The notes: generated from the letters alone by a model not told the origin. Shown: positions 29,155 through 39,889, counted from the stretch's first letter. The stretch: DNA of 64,000 nt from Thermoanaerobaculia bacterium (GCA_044226625.1 JBGAGQ010000032.1:1-64000); one strand, 5' to 3'. Translations and numbers: made by a program.

Positions 29155-30260
29155 CTCCCTCCTCCCGGCCGAATCCTCGCGTCGCCCTGGTCTATCCGCA
29201 GTCGTTCGGCGAAGACGGGATCTACGGCGGCGGCGAGCGCTATGCGATCGAGCTCGCCAAGGCGCTCGCCCGGAAGGTACCCACCCGGCTCATCGACTTC
29301 GGCCAGAACCCCGGCCGGCGCTCCCGCGACGGCGTCGAGATCCACACCTATCGGCCGCTGCGGCTCGTCCACGGCAACCCGCTGAACCCGCTGTCGTTCG
29401 GGTTCCTCCGCTCGCTCCGCGGAATGGACGTCGTCCACGCTTTGACCTGGAACACCTTGGCGACCGATTTCTCCGTCCTCGCCGCTCGCGCGCTCGGCAA
29501 GAAGTCGTTCGTCACGGACGTCGGCGGCGGCGCGAGCCTCACCTTGAGCCAACGGCTGCCGATCGCCCGCTGGGTCAACGGCTTCCTGCTGATCGCTCCC
29601 CAGGGAGGCAAACAGTTCGAGGCCTGGAGAGCGAAATGGTCGATCCTCCTCGCGGGGATCGATACGGACAAGTTCAGCCCCCACCCGGCGCCATCGCCGC
29701 GGAACGGCGTCCTGTTCGTCGGCCGCCTGCTCCCTCACAAAGGGGTGAACTACCTGATCGAGGCGGTCGATCCGGACACGCCGCTCACCCTCGTCGGGCG
29801 GCCCTACCACGAGGAGTACCTCGCGCTCCTCCGGCGCCTCGCCGAGGGGAAGAACGTCCGTTTCCGCTTCGACGCGACCGACGACGAGGTCGTCGCCCTC
29901 TATCGTTCGAGCCTCGTTTCGGTCCTCCCCTCGGTGAACGAAACGATCTACGGCGCCCGCTTCGACCTTCCCGAGCTGCTCGGATTCGCGGCGATGGAGG
30001 CGATGTCGTGCGGCGCTCCGGTGATCTGCAGCCGCGTCGGAGCCCTGGGCGAGCTGGTGGTCGACGGCGTCACCGGATTCCTCGTGCCGCCGAACGATCC
30101 CCAGGCCATCCGCGCCCGCATCGCCGAGCTTTCGAGCGACCGCGAGCGAGCCGCCCGCATGGGCGCCGCGGCCCGGCAGCGCATCCTGGACGTCTTCACC
30201 TGGGACCAGGTCGCCGAGCGCTGCCTCGCGGCGTATCGCGGGACGGGGGACGCCTCGTGA
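29151..30260 (+). CDS. GT4 glycosyltransferase
   Basis: GGGERY, FVGRLLPHKG and ELLGFAAMEA. Confidence 0.88.
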   Translation: MTPSSRPNPRVALVYPQSFGEDGIYGGGERYAIELAKALARKVPTRLIDFGQNPGRRSRDGVEIHTYRPLRLVHGNPLNPLSFGFLRSLRGMDVVHALTWNTLATDFSVLAARALGKKSFVTDVGGGASLTLSQRLPIARWVNGFLLIAPQGGKQFEAWRAKWSILLAGIDTDKFSPHPAPSPRNGVLFVGRLLPHKGVNYLIEAVDPDTPLTLVGRPYHEEYLALLRRLAEGKNVRFRFDATDDEVVALYRSSLVSVLPSVNETIYGARFDLPELLGFAAMEAMSCGAPVICSRVGALGELVVDGVTGFLVPPNDPQAIRARIAELSSDRERAARMGAAARQRILDVFTWDQVAERCLAAYRGTGDAS

Positions 30261-30940
30261 GCGGGATTCTCGTGGTCGGGGCGGGAGGGCACGCCAAGGT
30301 CGTCCTGGACGTCCTGCGCGCGGCCGGCCGAGAGATCGCCGGCGTCACCGATCCCCATCTTCCCATGGGCGGTCTCTTCGAAGGGGTTCCCTGCCTCGGC
30401 GACGACGGCGCTTGGGAAGATCTCTTCCGATCCGGCCTCCGCACCGCGTTCGTCGCCCTGGGCGACAACCGCCGCCGACGCGACGCCGGTGCCGAGCTGC
30501 GCGCGCTCGGGTTCGAGCTCGCGAACGCGATCCATCCGTCCGCGATCCTCTCGCCGTCGACGCAACTCGGTACCGGCATCGCGATCATGCCGGGCGCGGT
30601 GGTGAACGCCTCGACCACGATCGGCGACGACGCGATCCTCAACACCTCCGCCACGATCGATCACGATGGTCGGATCGGCGCGGGCGCGCACGTCGCGCCG
30701 GGTTGCCACCTGGCAGGCTACGTCACGGTCGGAGAGGGGGCGCTGATCGGCGTCGGCTCGGCCGTCGGACGGGGGCGCCCAGTGTCGATCGGCGCCTGGG
30801 CTCGGGTGGGCACCGGCTCGGTGGTCTTCCGCGACGTGGCGCCGGGGACGACGGTTGCCGGCAATCCGGCACGAATCGTGCGAGCCGTTGCTCCACCATC
30901 GGCCCCGGCGACAGCAGACGACGAGACGAAAACTCCATGA
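30257..30940 (+). CDS. NeuD/PglD/PerB-family sugar acetyltransferase (hexapeptide repeat)
   Basis: GAGGHAKV, ALGDN, IDHD, hexapeptide repeats and GNPAR. Confidence 0.9.
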   Translation: MSGILVVGAGGHAKVVLDVLRAAGREIAGVTDPHLPMGGLFEGVPCLGDDGAWEDLFRSGLRTAFVALGDNRRRRDAGAELRALGFELANAIHPSAILSPSTQLGTGIAIMPGAVVNASTTIGDDAILNTSATIDHDGRIGAGAHVAPGCHLAGYVTVGEGALIGVGSAVGRGRPVSIGAWARVGTGSVVFRDVAPGTTVAGNPARIVRAVAPPSAPATADDETKTP

Positions 30941-32088
30941 CGATCGAAATTCCGGTCTCCTCCCCCGCCTTTCTCGGCAACGAAAAGGCCTACGTCACCG
31001 ATTGCATCGACTCGACCTGGATCTCTTCGATCGGCTCTTACATCCGCCGCTTCGAGGCCGACTTCGCCACGCTCTGCGGCGTCCGTCACGCGATGAGCTG
31101 CTCGAACGGCACGGTGGCCCTGCACGCCGCCTTGCTGGCGCTCGGCATCGGACCGGGGGACGAGGTGCTCGTGCCTTCGCTCACCTACGTCGCGAGCGCC
31201 AACACGGTCCGCTACTGCGGCGCCGAGCCGGTGTTCGTGGACAGCGACCGCGAGAGCTGGAACCTCGACCCCGAGGACGTGCGACGGAAGATCACCCCGC
31301 GCACCCGCGCGATCATGCCGGTCCATCTCTACGGCAAGCCGGCGCCGATGGCGCAGATCCTCGCGATCTCCCGCGAGCACGATCTGCTCGTCGTCGAAGA
31401 TGCGGCCGAGGCGGTCGGCGCGACGCAAGGTGGCAGGCCCGTCGGCTCGTTCGGAGACATCGCCGCGTTCAGCTTCTTCGGCAACAAGATCCTCACCTGC
31501 GGTGAAGGCGGAATGGTCGTGACGAACGACGACGATCTCGCCGAGCGGGTCCGCCGGATCAAGGGGCAGGGGCAGGATCCGAACCGCCGTTATTGGTTCC
31601 CGACGGTCGGTTACAACTACCGGATGACCAACATCGAGGCGGCGATCGGCCTCGCCCAGCTCGAGAAGCTCGACGAGCATCAGCGGGCGCGCGATCGGAT
31701 CGCCGAGGTCTACGCGGGCGCTTTTTCGGGGCGACCGGAGATCCGCTGGCCGGCGGCGGTCGAAGGCGAGCGCGCGGTGACCTGGCTGTGGAGCGTCGTC
31801 CTCGACGGGCCACCCGAGGGGACGCGCGATCGCGTCATGGCGCGCCTCGCTTCCGAGGGGATCGAGACCCGCCCGTTCTTCTACCCCTGCCATACCCTCC
31901 CGCCCTATGAAAGGCCCGGGTACGATCCGGCCTGCGCGAACGCGGATTGGCTGGCGCCGCGCGGACTGAGCCTCCCCACCTGGGTCGGGTTGTCGGACGC
32001 GCAGGTACGACGGGTCGCCGCGGCGGTGATCGCAGCGCTCGATGCGGACGAAAACGCGGTGCCTCCGTCGGACCGCGCTCGCGGTTGA
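30937..32088 (+). CDS. DegT/DnrJ/EryC1/StrS aminotransferase, GDP-perosamine synthase-like
   Basis: WISSIG, SNGTVALH, EDAAEA, FSFFGNKILTCGEGG (PLP lysine) and GYNYRMTN. Confidence 0.9.
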   Translation: MTIEIPVSSPAFLGNEKAYVTDCIDSTWISSIGSYIRRFEADFATLCGVRHAMSCSNGTVALHAALLALGIGPGDEVLVPSLTYVASANTVRYCGAEPVFVDSDRESWNLDPEDVRRKITPRTRAIMPVHLYGKPAPMAQILAISREHDLLVVEDAAEAVGATQGGRPVGSFGDIAAFSFFGNKILTCGEGGMVVTNDDDLAERVRRIKGQGQDPNRRYWFPTVGYNYRMTNIEAAIGLAQLEKLDEHQRARDRIAEVYAGAFSGRPEIRWPAAVEGERAVTWLWSVVLDGPPEGTRDRVMARLASEGIETRPFFYPCHTLPPYERPGYDPACANADWLAPRGLSLPTWVGLSDAQVRRVAAAVIAALDADENAVPPSDRARG

Positions 32089-32116
32089 GCGCGACGTCGT
32101 TCGAAGAGACCGCCCG

Positions 32117-33223
32117 ATGCGCCTCCTGATCGTGAGCTTCGTCCCTCTCTCGCCGCACCTCGGCGCCGCGCAGATCGTCCTTCGATCGGCCGCCGCGCTA
32201 CGCGCGCGCGCCCACGACGCTTCGACCTGGGCCCCCCCGCTCATCACGCCCCCCGTTCCTTGGTGGCGCCACACCGAGTGGCGCCGCGGGCAGCTGCTGC
32301 GATTCCTCAAAGCCGAGGGACCGTTCGACATCGTCGACCTCCCGCCCCTGGCGCTCGACCGGACGATCGCCCGCGAGGCGCGGACGATCGCGCGGAGCGT
32401 CCAACCGGACGGCCTCTATTTCCACGCCGAATGGCGGGAGAGCTGCCGCACGCCGGGGAAGCTGCTCCGCAGCCCTTTGCGCACGACGGTGAGCTTCGCC
32501 TTCGGCCTACGGCTGCAACGCGCGATCCGTAAAGGCCAGCGACTCGCCGACCGCGTCCTCTGCCTCGGGTCGCTCGAACGGGATGCCCTCGCCCGAAGCC
32601 TCGGGAAGCGCTGCGGAGCGAAAGCCGAGCCCGCTTTCTACGTGATGGCCCCTTCGGCCGAGGAGCAGCGCCGGATTGCGGAGGTGAGGCGAGCCCGGCG
32701 GCCCGGTCGTTCCGAGGCGGTCCGCTTCCTCTGGATCGGCCGCTGGGCGGCCCACAAGGGGCCGTCGCTTCTCGTTTCGTTTCTCGAACGCCGGCTGCGC
32801 GAGAGCCCGGACGACCGCTGCACGATCGCCGGCTGCGGGCCGGAGGCCGAGCGCGACCTGCCGAGCGATCTCCTCCGCGACGGCCGGATTCGCGTGCTCC
32901 CCGCGTTCTCCCGCGAGGAGCTGCCCGCGATGCTCGCCGAGCACGACTTCGGACTGTTCACCAGCGTCGCGGAAGGATGGGGGGTCACCCTGAACGAGAT
33001 GCTCGAGTCGGGCATGCCCGTCTTCGCCACTCGCGCGGGAGGGGTGGTCGATCTCGCGCCCTATTTTCCGCGCGGCCTCCGCCCCTTCCCGCCGCCTCCG
33101 GGCCCGATCGATCTCTCCCCCGCGGATGATCCGGAGGCCGTCGGATATTTCGAGCGTTTCACCTGGGACCGGATCGCTGAAAGCTACGAGCGCGATCTTC
33201 TCCAGCCGGCGAGGTCGGCGTGA
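32117..33223 (+). CDS. GT4 glycosyltransferase
   Basis: WIGRWAAHKG and EGWGVTLNE. Confidence 0.8.
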   Translation: MRLLIVSFVPLSPHLGAAQIVLRSAAALRARAHDASTWAPPLITPPVPWWRHTEWRRGQLLRFLKAEGPFDIVDLPPLALDRTIAREARTIARSVQPDGLYFHAEWRESCRTPGKLLRSPLRTTVSFAFGLRLQRAIRKGQRLADRVLCLGSLERDALARSLGKRCGAKAEPAFYVMAPSAEEQRRIAEVRRARRPGRSEAVRFLWIGRWAAHKGPSLLVSFLERRLRESPDDRCTIAGCGPEAERDLPSDLLRDGRIRVLPAFSREELPAMLAEHDFGLFTSVAEGWGVTLNEMLESGMPVFATRAGGVVDLAPYFPRGLRPFPPPPGPIDLSPADDPEAVGYFERFTWDRIAESYERDLLQPARSA

Positions 33224-33969
33224 CCGAGGGCGACCTCACCTCGAAAGGGGGGTCCGGCGCGCGCGCGGCCTACGAGACTTGGCACCGCTCGCTTCCCGCG
33301 AGCGATCCGGAACCGCCGCCCTGGGTCCGGATGATCCGCTCCGAGCTCGTCCCCGCACGCGACCTGGCCGGCAAACGGGTGCTGGAGATCGGCTGTGGCC
33401 GGGGCGACTTCGCGCGCTGGCTCACCGCCCGGTCCGAGCCTCCCAAGCTCCTGGTCGCGGCCGACTTCGCGGTGAGCGCCGTCGCCGCGGGACGCAGGAC
33501 CGCGCTCGATCGAAGCCTCCACGGCATCGCCTGGCAGGTGGGGGACATCGGCGCGATCGCGCTGCCCGACGCCAGCGTCGACACGGTCTTCTCGCTCGAG
33601 ACGATCGAGCATTGCCCGGCGCCCGCGCGCGCGGTGGCGGAGCTCGGGCGAGTCCTCGCGCCCGGCGGCCGGCTCTTCCTCACCACCCCGAACTACCTGA
33701 ACTTCGCGGGGCTCTATCGGGTCTACCTCCGGCTGCGGGGGCGCCGGTTCAGCGAGGCGGGGCAACCGATCAATCACCCGGTGCTCCTGCCGCGCACCCG
33801 CGCGTGGGTCCGCCGGGCCGGCTTGCGCGTGATCGCGGTCCGATCGACGGGCCATCCCATCCCGCTGCCCGGAGGGGCGATCGATTTCGCGTTCCTCGAC
33901 CGGCTCGGGCCGCTCACCCGCTGGCTCGGCATCCAATCGATGGTGGTGGCGGAGAAGCCCGGGCGGTGA
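33220..33969 (+). CDS. Class I SAM-dependent methyltransferase
   Basis: VLEIGCGRG, ETIEH and LAPGGRLFLTTPN. Confidence 0.87.
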   Translation: MTEGDLTSKGGSGARAAYETWHRSLPASDPEPPPWVRMIRSELVPARDLAGKRVLEIGCGRGDFARWLTARSEPPKLLVAADFAVSAVAAGRRTALDRSLHGIAWQVGDIGAIALPDASVDTVFSLETIEHCPAPARAVAELGRVLAPGGRLFLTTPNYLNFAGLYRVYLRLRGRRFSEAGQPINHPVLLPRTRAWVRRAGLRVIAVRSTGHPIPLPGGAIDFAFLDRLGPLTRWLGIQSMVVAEKPGR

Positions 33970-35090
33970 GGATCGTCTTCGTCCTCCACGCTCCGAGCGA
34001 TCCGAAGACGGCCGTGTACGCCCACACCGCCGATCGCGCCGAGCTCCTGCGGGCGCGCGGTCACTCGGTCGAGATCCTCACCCACGACAGCGAGCCGGAT
34101 CTTCGCCGCACCGCTCCCCGATGGTGGCCGTTCGCCTTCCCCCTCCGCGCCGCCCGCAGGCTTTCCGCCGTTCCCCCGGATCTGGCGATTTTCCACTCCT
34201 ATGCCGGCTGGGCGTTCGCGATCCTCCGCGCGATCCGGCCGCGGCTCCGTCGCGTGCGCACGATCGTCCAGTTCCACGGCGTCGAGACCCTGCACTACCG
34301 CGCGATGCGGGCCGCGGAGCGACGCCGGGGACGCGATTTTCCCCTGCGCCATCGCCTGCTCCAGTCGGCCGCGTTCCCTTGGCTCCTCCGCCTCTCGTGC
34401 CGGAGCGCGCGGCGGGTCTTCTGCCTCAATCGAGGGGAACGCGAGTTCCTCGCCGCGCGCGGTTGGGCCAAAGCCGAGCGGATCGAGATCGTTCCGAACC
34501 CGGCTCCGGCCGATCTGCTCGCGCTGGCCCCGGACCGATCGCGCCCGCCGCGACGGCTGCTGTTCGTCGGCCAGTGGCTCGAAGGGAAGGGGATCCACGA
34601 TCTCGCGGTCGCGTTTTCCGAGCTCGCGGCCGAACGGGGCGACCTCACGCTCGCCCTGGTGGGAACGCGGACGGCCGCCGCGAGCGTACGAGACGCATTT
34701 CCGGCCGCGGTTCGCGACCGGGTCGAAGTCGAACCGCACGCCGATCGGGAAGCGATCCGAGCCGCGTTCGCGGCGGCGGACCTCTTTCTCTTCCCCAGCC
34801 TCTCGGAGGGATCGAGCCTCGCCCTGCTCGAAGCCATGGCGGCAGCCCTGCCGATCGTGACCACCCCGGTCGGCGCGGCGCCCGATCTGCTGACCGAGGG
34901 GGAGAGCGCTCTGTTCGTGCCGGTCGCCGATCCCGCCGCGCTCGCCGCCGCCGTGCGGCGCCTGCTCGGAGACCCCGACCTGAGAGCTCGTCTCGGGGAC
35001 AACGCGCGGAAGGTAGCGGCCACTCAGGAGGATCCCGCCCTCCGCGACGACTACGTGCGCCGCGTCGAGTCGGCTGGAGCCGAAGCTTGA
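33966..35090 (+). CDS. GT4 glycosyltransferase
   Basis: FVGQWLEGKG and EGSSLALLEA; GTG start in a GTGA overlap. Confidence 0.87.
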   Translation: MRIVFVLHAPSDPKTAVYAHTADRAELLRARGHSVEILTHDSEPDLRRTAPRWWPFAFPLRAARRLSAVPPDLAIFHSYAGWAFAILRAIRPRLRRVRTIVQFHGVETLHYRAMRAAERRRGRDFPLRHRLLQSAAFPWLLRLSCRSARRVFCLNRGEREFLAARGWAKAERIEIVPNPAPADLLALAPDRSRPPRRLLFVGQWLEGKGIHDLAVAFSELAAERGDLTLALVGTRTAAASVRDAFPAAVRDRVEVEPHADREAIRAAFAAADLFLFPSLSEGSSLALLEAMAAALPIVTTPVGAAPDLLTEGESALFVPVADPAALAAAVRRLLGDPDLRARLGDNARKVAATQEDPALRDDYVRRVESAGAEA

Positions 35091-36181
35091 GGCCCATCGT
35101 CCAAATCGTCCCGCAGCTGCCGCCTCACGAAGAAGGGGTGGGAGGAATCGCGGTCGCCCTCGCCGAGGCGTTACGCAAGCGGGGGGTCCCCTCTCGGTTC
35201 GTCGTGCCGGTCCCTTACGGCGGGGGGGCGGTGGCGGCCGGCCTCGACGCGCTCGAGATTCCTCCCGAGCCCGAGGCGCTCGCCGAAGCGGTAGGGGACG
35301 GCCCGGCGCTCCTCCACTACGTGGGCTACGGCTACCATCCCCGCGGCGTACCGCGGTGGCTTTCCTCGGGGCTCGCGCGATCGAGCGCTCCGCTCTGGAC
35401 CCAGTTTCACGAAGTCTGGGCGACGGGACCGCCGTGGCGCAGCTCGTTCTGGCTCGCGCCGCGACAGCGCGGAATCGTTCGGGATCTCGGCGACCGGAGC
35501 GACCGGTTGTCGACCAGCCTCGACCTTTACGCGGCGATGGTCCGGAGCGCGCTTTCCGATCCGCGACGGGGCGTCGCTGTCCAGCCGGTGCTCTCGGGGG
35601 TGGGCGAGCCCGCCTCGCCTCCCCTCCCGTACGGGGCGCGCGAACCGCGCCTTCTCGTCTTCGGCGGACCGGGGCTTCGCGCCCGGGCCTACGGAGAAGA
35701 GGCTTCGACGATCGAGCGCGCCGCGCGGGCGCTCGGCCTCCGGGAAATCTGGGACGTCGGTCCCGGACCCGTGGCGCCCGCGGCCCTCGGCGACCTGACG
35801 GTCCGCCGGCTCGGCCTGCTGTCCGCGCCGGACATCGGAGCCTTGTTCGCGGGGAGCGCCGCCGGATTTCTCGCCTATCCGCTGGATCTCTTGGGCAAAT
35901 CGAGCGCGTTCGCGGCCTACGCGGCGCATGGCATGTTGCCGGTCTGCAGCGGGCGAGCGGCACGGCACGGCGAAGCGGTCCGATCCGGCCTAAGATCGGG
36001 AGACCCGGCCGGCCCAACCTTGGGGACTCACTACTGGGATCCTCGATCGACGTCCGACTCGCCCCGGGACCCGTCGGCGATTGCCGCCGCCGCCCGGAGC
36101 TGGTACGAAGGGCATTCGGCCGCCCGCCAAGCGGAGGCGATTGCCTCTTGGGCCCAGGGCGCCGATCGTCTCCGACGATGA
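35087..36181 (+). CDS. Divergent GT-B glycosyltransferase-like protein
   Basis: QIVPQLPP..EGVG, LLHYVGYGY and FHE; GKSSAFAA replaces EX7E; TTG start in a TTGA overlap. Confidence 0.65.
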   Translation: MRPIVQIVPQLPPHEEGVGGIAVALAEALRKRGVPSRFVVPVPYGGGAVAAGLDALEIPPEPEALAEAVGDGPALLHYVGYGYHPRGVPRWLSSGLARSSAPLWTQFHEVWATGPPWRSSFWLAPRQRGIVRDLGDRSDRLSTSLDLYAAMVRSALSDPRRGVAVQPVLSGVGEPASPPLPYGAREPRLLVFGGPGLRARAYGEEASTIERAARALGLREIWDVGPGPVAPAALGDLTVRRLGLLSAPDIGALFAGSAAGFLAYPLDLLGKSSAFAAYAAHGMLPVCSGRAARHGEAVRSGLRSGDPAGPTLGTHYWDPRSTSDSPRDPSAIAAAARSWYEGHSAARQAEAIASWAQGADRLRR

Positions 36182-37218
36182 AAGTCCTCCATTACTCGCC
36201 AGCGTTTCCGCCCAGCGTGGGCGGCCTGGAGACCACGATCAGCGGCATCGCGGCGGGCCTCTCGGCCCTGGGCTGCGAGGACACTGTGGTCACGACGACC
36301 CCCTCGACACGACCGGACGAATACCCCTATCGGGTAATCCGCCGCCCCGGCCGGCTCGAGCTTCTGGCCCTCGTCCGCGAGCACGACGTCTACTATCAGG
36401 CGAACGTCAGCCTTCGCGGCCTCTGGCCTCTGCTCTTCGTTCGGCGGCCCTGGGTCGTCTCCCACCATAGCTGGTACACGCGAACCGACGGCAGGATCGC
36501 CTGGCAGGATCGGCTCAAACGGTGGCTGCTGCGCTTTGCCGCGGGCTCCATCGCGGTCAGCCAAGCGGTGGCGGACGACCTGTCGCCCGTCCCCTCGATC
36601 GTCATCGGCAACCCTTATCGAGATGACGTCTTTCGTCGGCATCCGGAAATCCCCCGTTCGAAGGCGCTCGTCGGGGTCGGCCGCCTGGTGTCCGACAAGG
36701 GCTTCGGAACGCTGCTCGAGGCTCTCGCGATCCTCGAAAGGGAAGAAGGGCTCACCCCGGGACTGACGTTGATCGGCGACGGTCCGGAACGACCGCGCCT
36801 CACGGCCCAAGCCAAGAAGTTGGGGCTGCTGGACCGGATCGAGATGACGGGAACGTTGACTCACCAAGAGATCGCGCTTCGGCTCGCCGAGCACCAGATC
36901 CTGGTCGCGCCCTCCCATTACAACGAGCCTTTCGGGCTCGTCGCCCTCGAAGGGATCGCCTGCGGCTGCGTGGTCATCGGTTCGACGGGGGGCGGCCTGC
37001 CGGAAGCGATCGGACCCTGTGGGCTCACCTTCCCGAACGACGACGCCCGCGCCCTCGCCCAGGCCATCTCGCGCCTGCTCCACTCTCCCGAGCTGCGCGA
37101 GGATCTCCTCTCCGGCGCCGAGGAGCACCTCGCGGCACACCGGACCGATCGCGTCGCGGCCCGGTATTTGGAGGTCTTCGAGCGAGCGCTCCGCCCGCGA
37201 ACCGGAGGCGTCGCGTGA
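36178..37218 (+). CDS. GT4 glycosyltransferase
   Basis: PSVGGLE, VGRLVSDKG and EPFGLVALE. Confidence 0.9.
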   Translation: MKVLHYSPAFPPSVGGLETTISGIAAGLSALGCEDTVVTTTPSTRPDEYPYRVIRRPGRLELLALVREHDVYYQANVSLRGLWPLLFVRRPWVVSHHSWYTRTDGRIAWQDRLKRWLLRFAAGSIAVSQAVADDLSPVPSIVIGNPYRDDVFRRHPEIPRSKALVGVGRLVSDKGFGTLLEALAILEREEGLTPGLTLIGDGPERPRLTAQAKKLGLLDRIEMTGTLTHQEIALRLAEHQILVAPSHYNEPFGLVALEGIACGCVVIGSTGGGLPEAIGPCGLTFPNDDARALAQAISRLLHSPELREDLLSGAEEHLAAHRTDRVAARYLEVFERALRPRTGGVA

Positions 37219-38672
37219 TTCGCTTCCTGGTCCTCGCCCTCGCCGGGGCGGCGATGGTCTGGTCGATGCGCAACTGGCGCCGCGCGGTCCAGGCCGTGAT
37301 GGTCCTATTGATCCTCGAAGGCGCGATCCGCAAATGGATCTTTCCGGGAGCGCAGGACATCGTCTACTTCGGCAAAGACCTGCTCCTCATGGGGATCTAC
37401 GCCGGCTTCCTCACCCGCGAGCGGTCGGGTCTACGCCCCCCCCAGCTCCAATCCCTGTTCATGCTCCTGGGCGGCGGCGCGCTGCTCGGTCTGATGCAGA
37501 TCTTCAACCCGCACCTGCCCAGCCTGCTCGTCGGCGTGCTCGGCTTCAAGGCCTATTTCTTCTACGCGCCGTTGTTCTGGGTCCTGCCGGCTTCGTTCTC
37601 GTCGGACGCCGAGCTCACCCGCTTTCTCCGCTGGTACGGGATGATCGCGATCCCGGTCGGCTTGCTCGCCGCGGCGCAGTTCGTCGCCCCTTCGTCGAGC
37701 GCGCTCAACACGTACGCGCGCGCCGGAGGCGACGTAAGCGACATCACGACGTTCGGCTCCTCGAGCCGGGTGCGGGTGACCGCGACTTTCGCCTACATCA
37801 CCGGGTACACCTCCTATCTGTTCGCCAACGTCTCGCTGCTACTCGCCCTTCTCGGCGCGGAACGCTGGAAGATGCGGCGCAATCTCTGGCTCTTCTCCGC
37901 TTTGGGCCTGACTCTGCTCGGAATGATGATGAGCGGCTCTCGCGGCCCGATCGCGATCCTGATCGTGCTGATGCCGATCTACGGTTGGCTCGCGATCGCG
38001 CGCGAGCGGGGAGGCGGGGCGACGACCGGGCGCCTGGTGGTCGGCGTGCTCTTCGTCGGCGGCGTGGCCGCCTATTTCGGGGCCGACGCGATCACCGCCT
38101 GGCGCGACCGGGCGAGCGGCTCCACCGACGCGGGCGAGCGCATCCTCGCGCCGTTCATCTCGCCGGTTGCCGTCCTCGACCGCGCCGGATTCGCCGGGTA
38201 CGGCATCGGAGCCACCCATCAGATGGCGATGGCCGTGGTCAAAAGCTCCCGGCCCTTCGAGTGGCTCGAAGGGCCTAACGTCGAAGTCGAAAGCGGACGG
38301 GTGATGCTAGAGGTCGGGCCGATCGGTTTTCTGCTCACCTATCTGATCCGCGTGGTCCTGGTCGCTTTCGCCCTGCGGCAGGTCTTCATCCTGCGCACGC
38401 TGTTCCATCGCTCGGTGGCGGTCGGATGTTTCCTGTTCTTCCTCGCTCAGATCACCGGCACGGTGATCTTCGAGGTGACATCCGGCCTCTACTATTGGTT
38501 CTTCGCCGGCCTGCTCGCCACGGTCGTCGCCCTCGACCGACAGACGCTCCTGGCGTCGCTCGCCGCCCAGCCCCTCCCGGTCCGTCTCGCGACCACGGTC
38601 CATGCGGGCGGACGCCGCTCGAGGCCGGACCCCACCGTCTCTCCCACCTTCCGCTCGCGGAGTCTTCGGTGA
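37215..38672 (+). CDS. Wzy/O-antigen-ligase-like membrane protein
   Basis: About 11 transmembrane segments; EGAIRKW, RVTATF, SGSR, and a loop ending GYGIG...E.G. Confidence 0.7.
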   Translation: MIRFLVLALAGAAMVWSMRNWRRAVQAVMVLLILEGAIRKWIFPGAQDIVYFGKDLLLMGIYAGFLTRERSGLRPPQLQSLFMLLGGGALLGLMQIFNPHLPSLLVGVLGFKAYFFYAPLFWVLPASFSSDAELTRFLRWYGMIAIPVGLLAAAQFVAPSSSALNTYARAGGDVSDITTFGSSSRVRVTATFAYITGYTSYLFANVSLLLALLGAERWKMRRNLWLFSALGLTLLGMMMSGSRGPIAILIVLMPIYGWLAIARERGGGATTGRLVVGVLFVGGVAAYFGADAITAWRDRASGSTDAGERILAPFISPVAVLDRAGFAGYGIGATHQMAMAVVKSSRPFEWLEGPNVEVESGRVMLEVGPIGFLLTYLIRVVLVAFALRQVFILRTLFHRSVAVGCFLFFLAQITGTVIFEVTSGLYYWFFAGLLATVVALDRQTLLASLAAQPLPVRLATTVHAGGRRSRPDPTVSPTFRSRSLR

Positions 38673-39889
38673 CCGAAACCCCGCGGGTGCTCGTCACCCA
38701 CCCCGGGAGGCAGCACTCGCATCAGGCCGCCCTCGCGCTCGAAGCGGCGGGAATGCTCGCGGGCTATTGGTCCGGCGTTCCGTCGAGCCCGGAACACGGG
38801 CGCTACGTGCCGCGGCGCCTCTGGCGCCGGCTGATCCGTTACGCGCCCGTCCCGCTCCCGCCGGATCGCACCCTCTGGGCACCGGCCGCCCCGCTGCTGC
38901 GCCAGATGGCGCACCGGATGCCCCGGAGCCTCGCGAGCGAGCTCGATTTCACGGCCTGCCGCCTGTTCGACCGGTGGACCGCCCGCCGGCTCGAACGGCT
39001 GCCCGAAGCCGAGCGTCCCCAGGCGGTCCTCGCTTGCGAGATCTCGGCGCGGGAAACCTTCGAGACCGCCCGCCGGCTCGGAATCCGTACCTGGCTCGAC
39101 GCCCCTTCGCTCCACCGCTCGGCGCAGGACCGGTTGCACGGCACCTCCGACTCCCCCCGTCTTCATGCCCGGATCGCCGCGGTGAAAGACCGCGAGATCG
39201 CCCTCGCCGCTGCGATCCTCACGGTGTCCGAGCTCGCGAGGGGGACCTACGTCGACGGGGGCGCCGATCCCGACCGTGTCCGCGCCGTGGCGCTCGGCGC
39301 CGATCTGGCTCTGTTCGCCCCGCCCGCCGAGGAGACGCCACGCGGACCCGGGACCGTCTTTCTCTTCGCGGGAGCGCCGATCGTCCGCAAGGGGTTCGAT
39401 CTCCTGCTCGGCGCGTTCGGCCGGGTGTCCGCCGCCGAGCCCACCGCGCGGCTCCGCGTAGTCGGCCCACGCGGCGGAGGCGCCTCGGTTCCAGGGGTCA
39501 CGTTCGTCGGACCCGTGGGGCAGTCCGATCTCGCCGCCGAGATGGGACGCGCCGACTGTCTCGTGCTCCCATCGCGCAACGATTCCTTCGGCATGGTGGT
39601 GGCCGAGGCGCTCGCCACCGGCTTGCCGGTGGTGGTCTCGGACATGGTGGGCGCTGCCGAGCTGGTCTCACCGGGCGAGAACGGTTGGATCGTCGCCGCG
39701 GGGGACCAGGAGGCGCTCGCCGCGCGGATGCTCGCGCTCGCGCACCCGCCCGAAGGCCCGGCGCTGCTGCGCTCGATGCGCCCACGCTGCCGCACCTCCG
39801 CGCTCGGTGCGACCTGGGAGGCCTATCGGCTTCGATTCGCCGCGCTCGCCCGAGACCTGCTCGCCTCCCCTCCGGGGAGCTCGGCTTGA
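38669..39889 (+). CDS. GT4 glycosyltransferase
   Basis: HPGRQHS, RKG and DSFGMVVAEA. Confidence 0.87.
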   Translation: MTETPRVLVTHPGRQHSHQAALALEAAGMLAGYWSGVPSSPEHGRYVPRRLWRRLIRYAPVPLPPDRTLWAPAAPLLRQMAHRMPRSLASELDFTACRLFDRWTARRLERLPEAERPQAVLACEISARETFETARRLGIRTWLDAPSLHRSAQDRLHGTSDSPRLHARIAAVKDREIALAAAILTVSELARGTYVDGGADPDRVRAVALGADLALFAPPAEETPRGPGTVFLFAGAPIVRKGFDLLLGAFGRVSAAEPTARLRVVGPRGGGASVPGVTFVGPVGQSDLAAEMGRADCLVLPSRNDSFGMVVAEALATGLPVVVSDMVGAAELVSPGENGWIVAAGDQEALAARMLALAHPPEGPALLRSMRPRCRTSALGATWEAYRLRFAALARDLLASPPGSSA

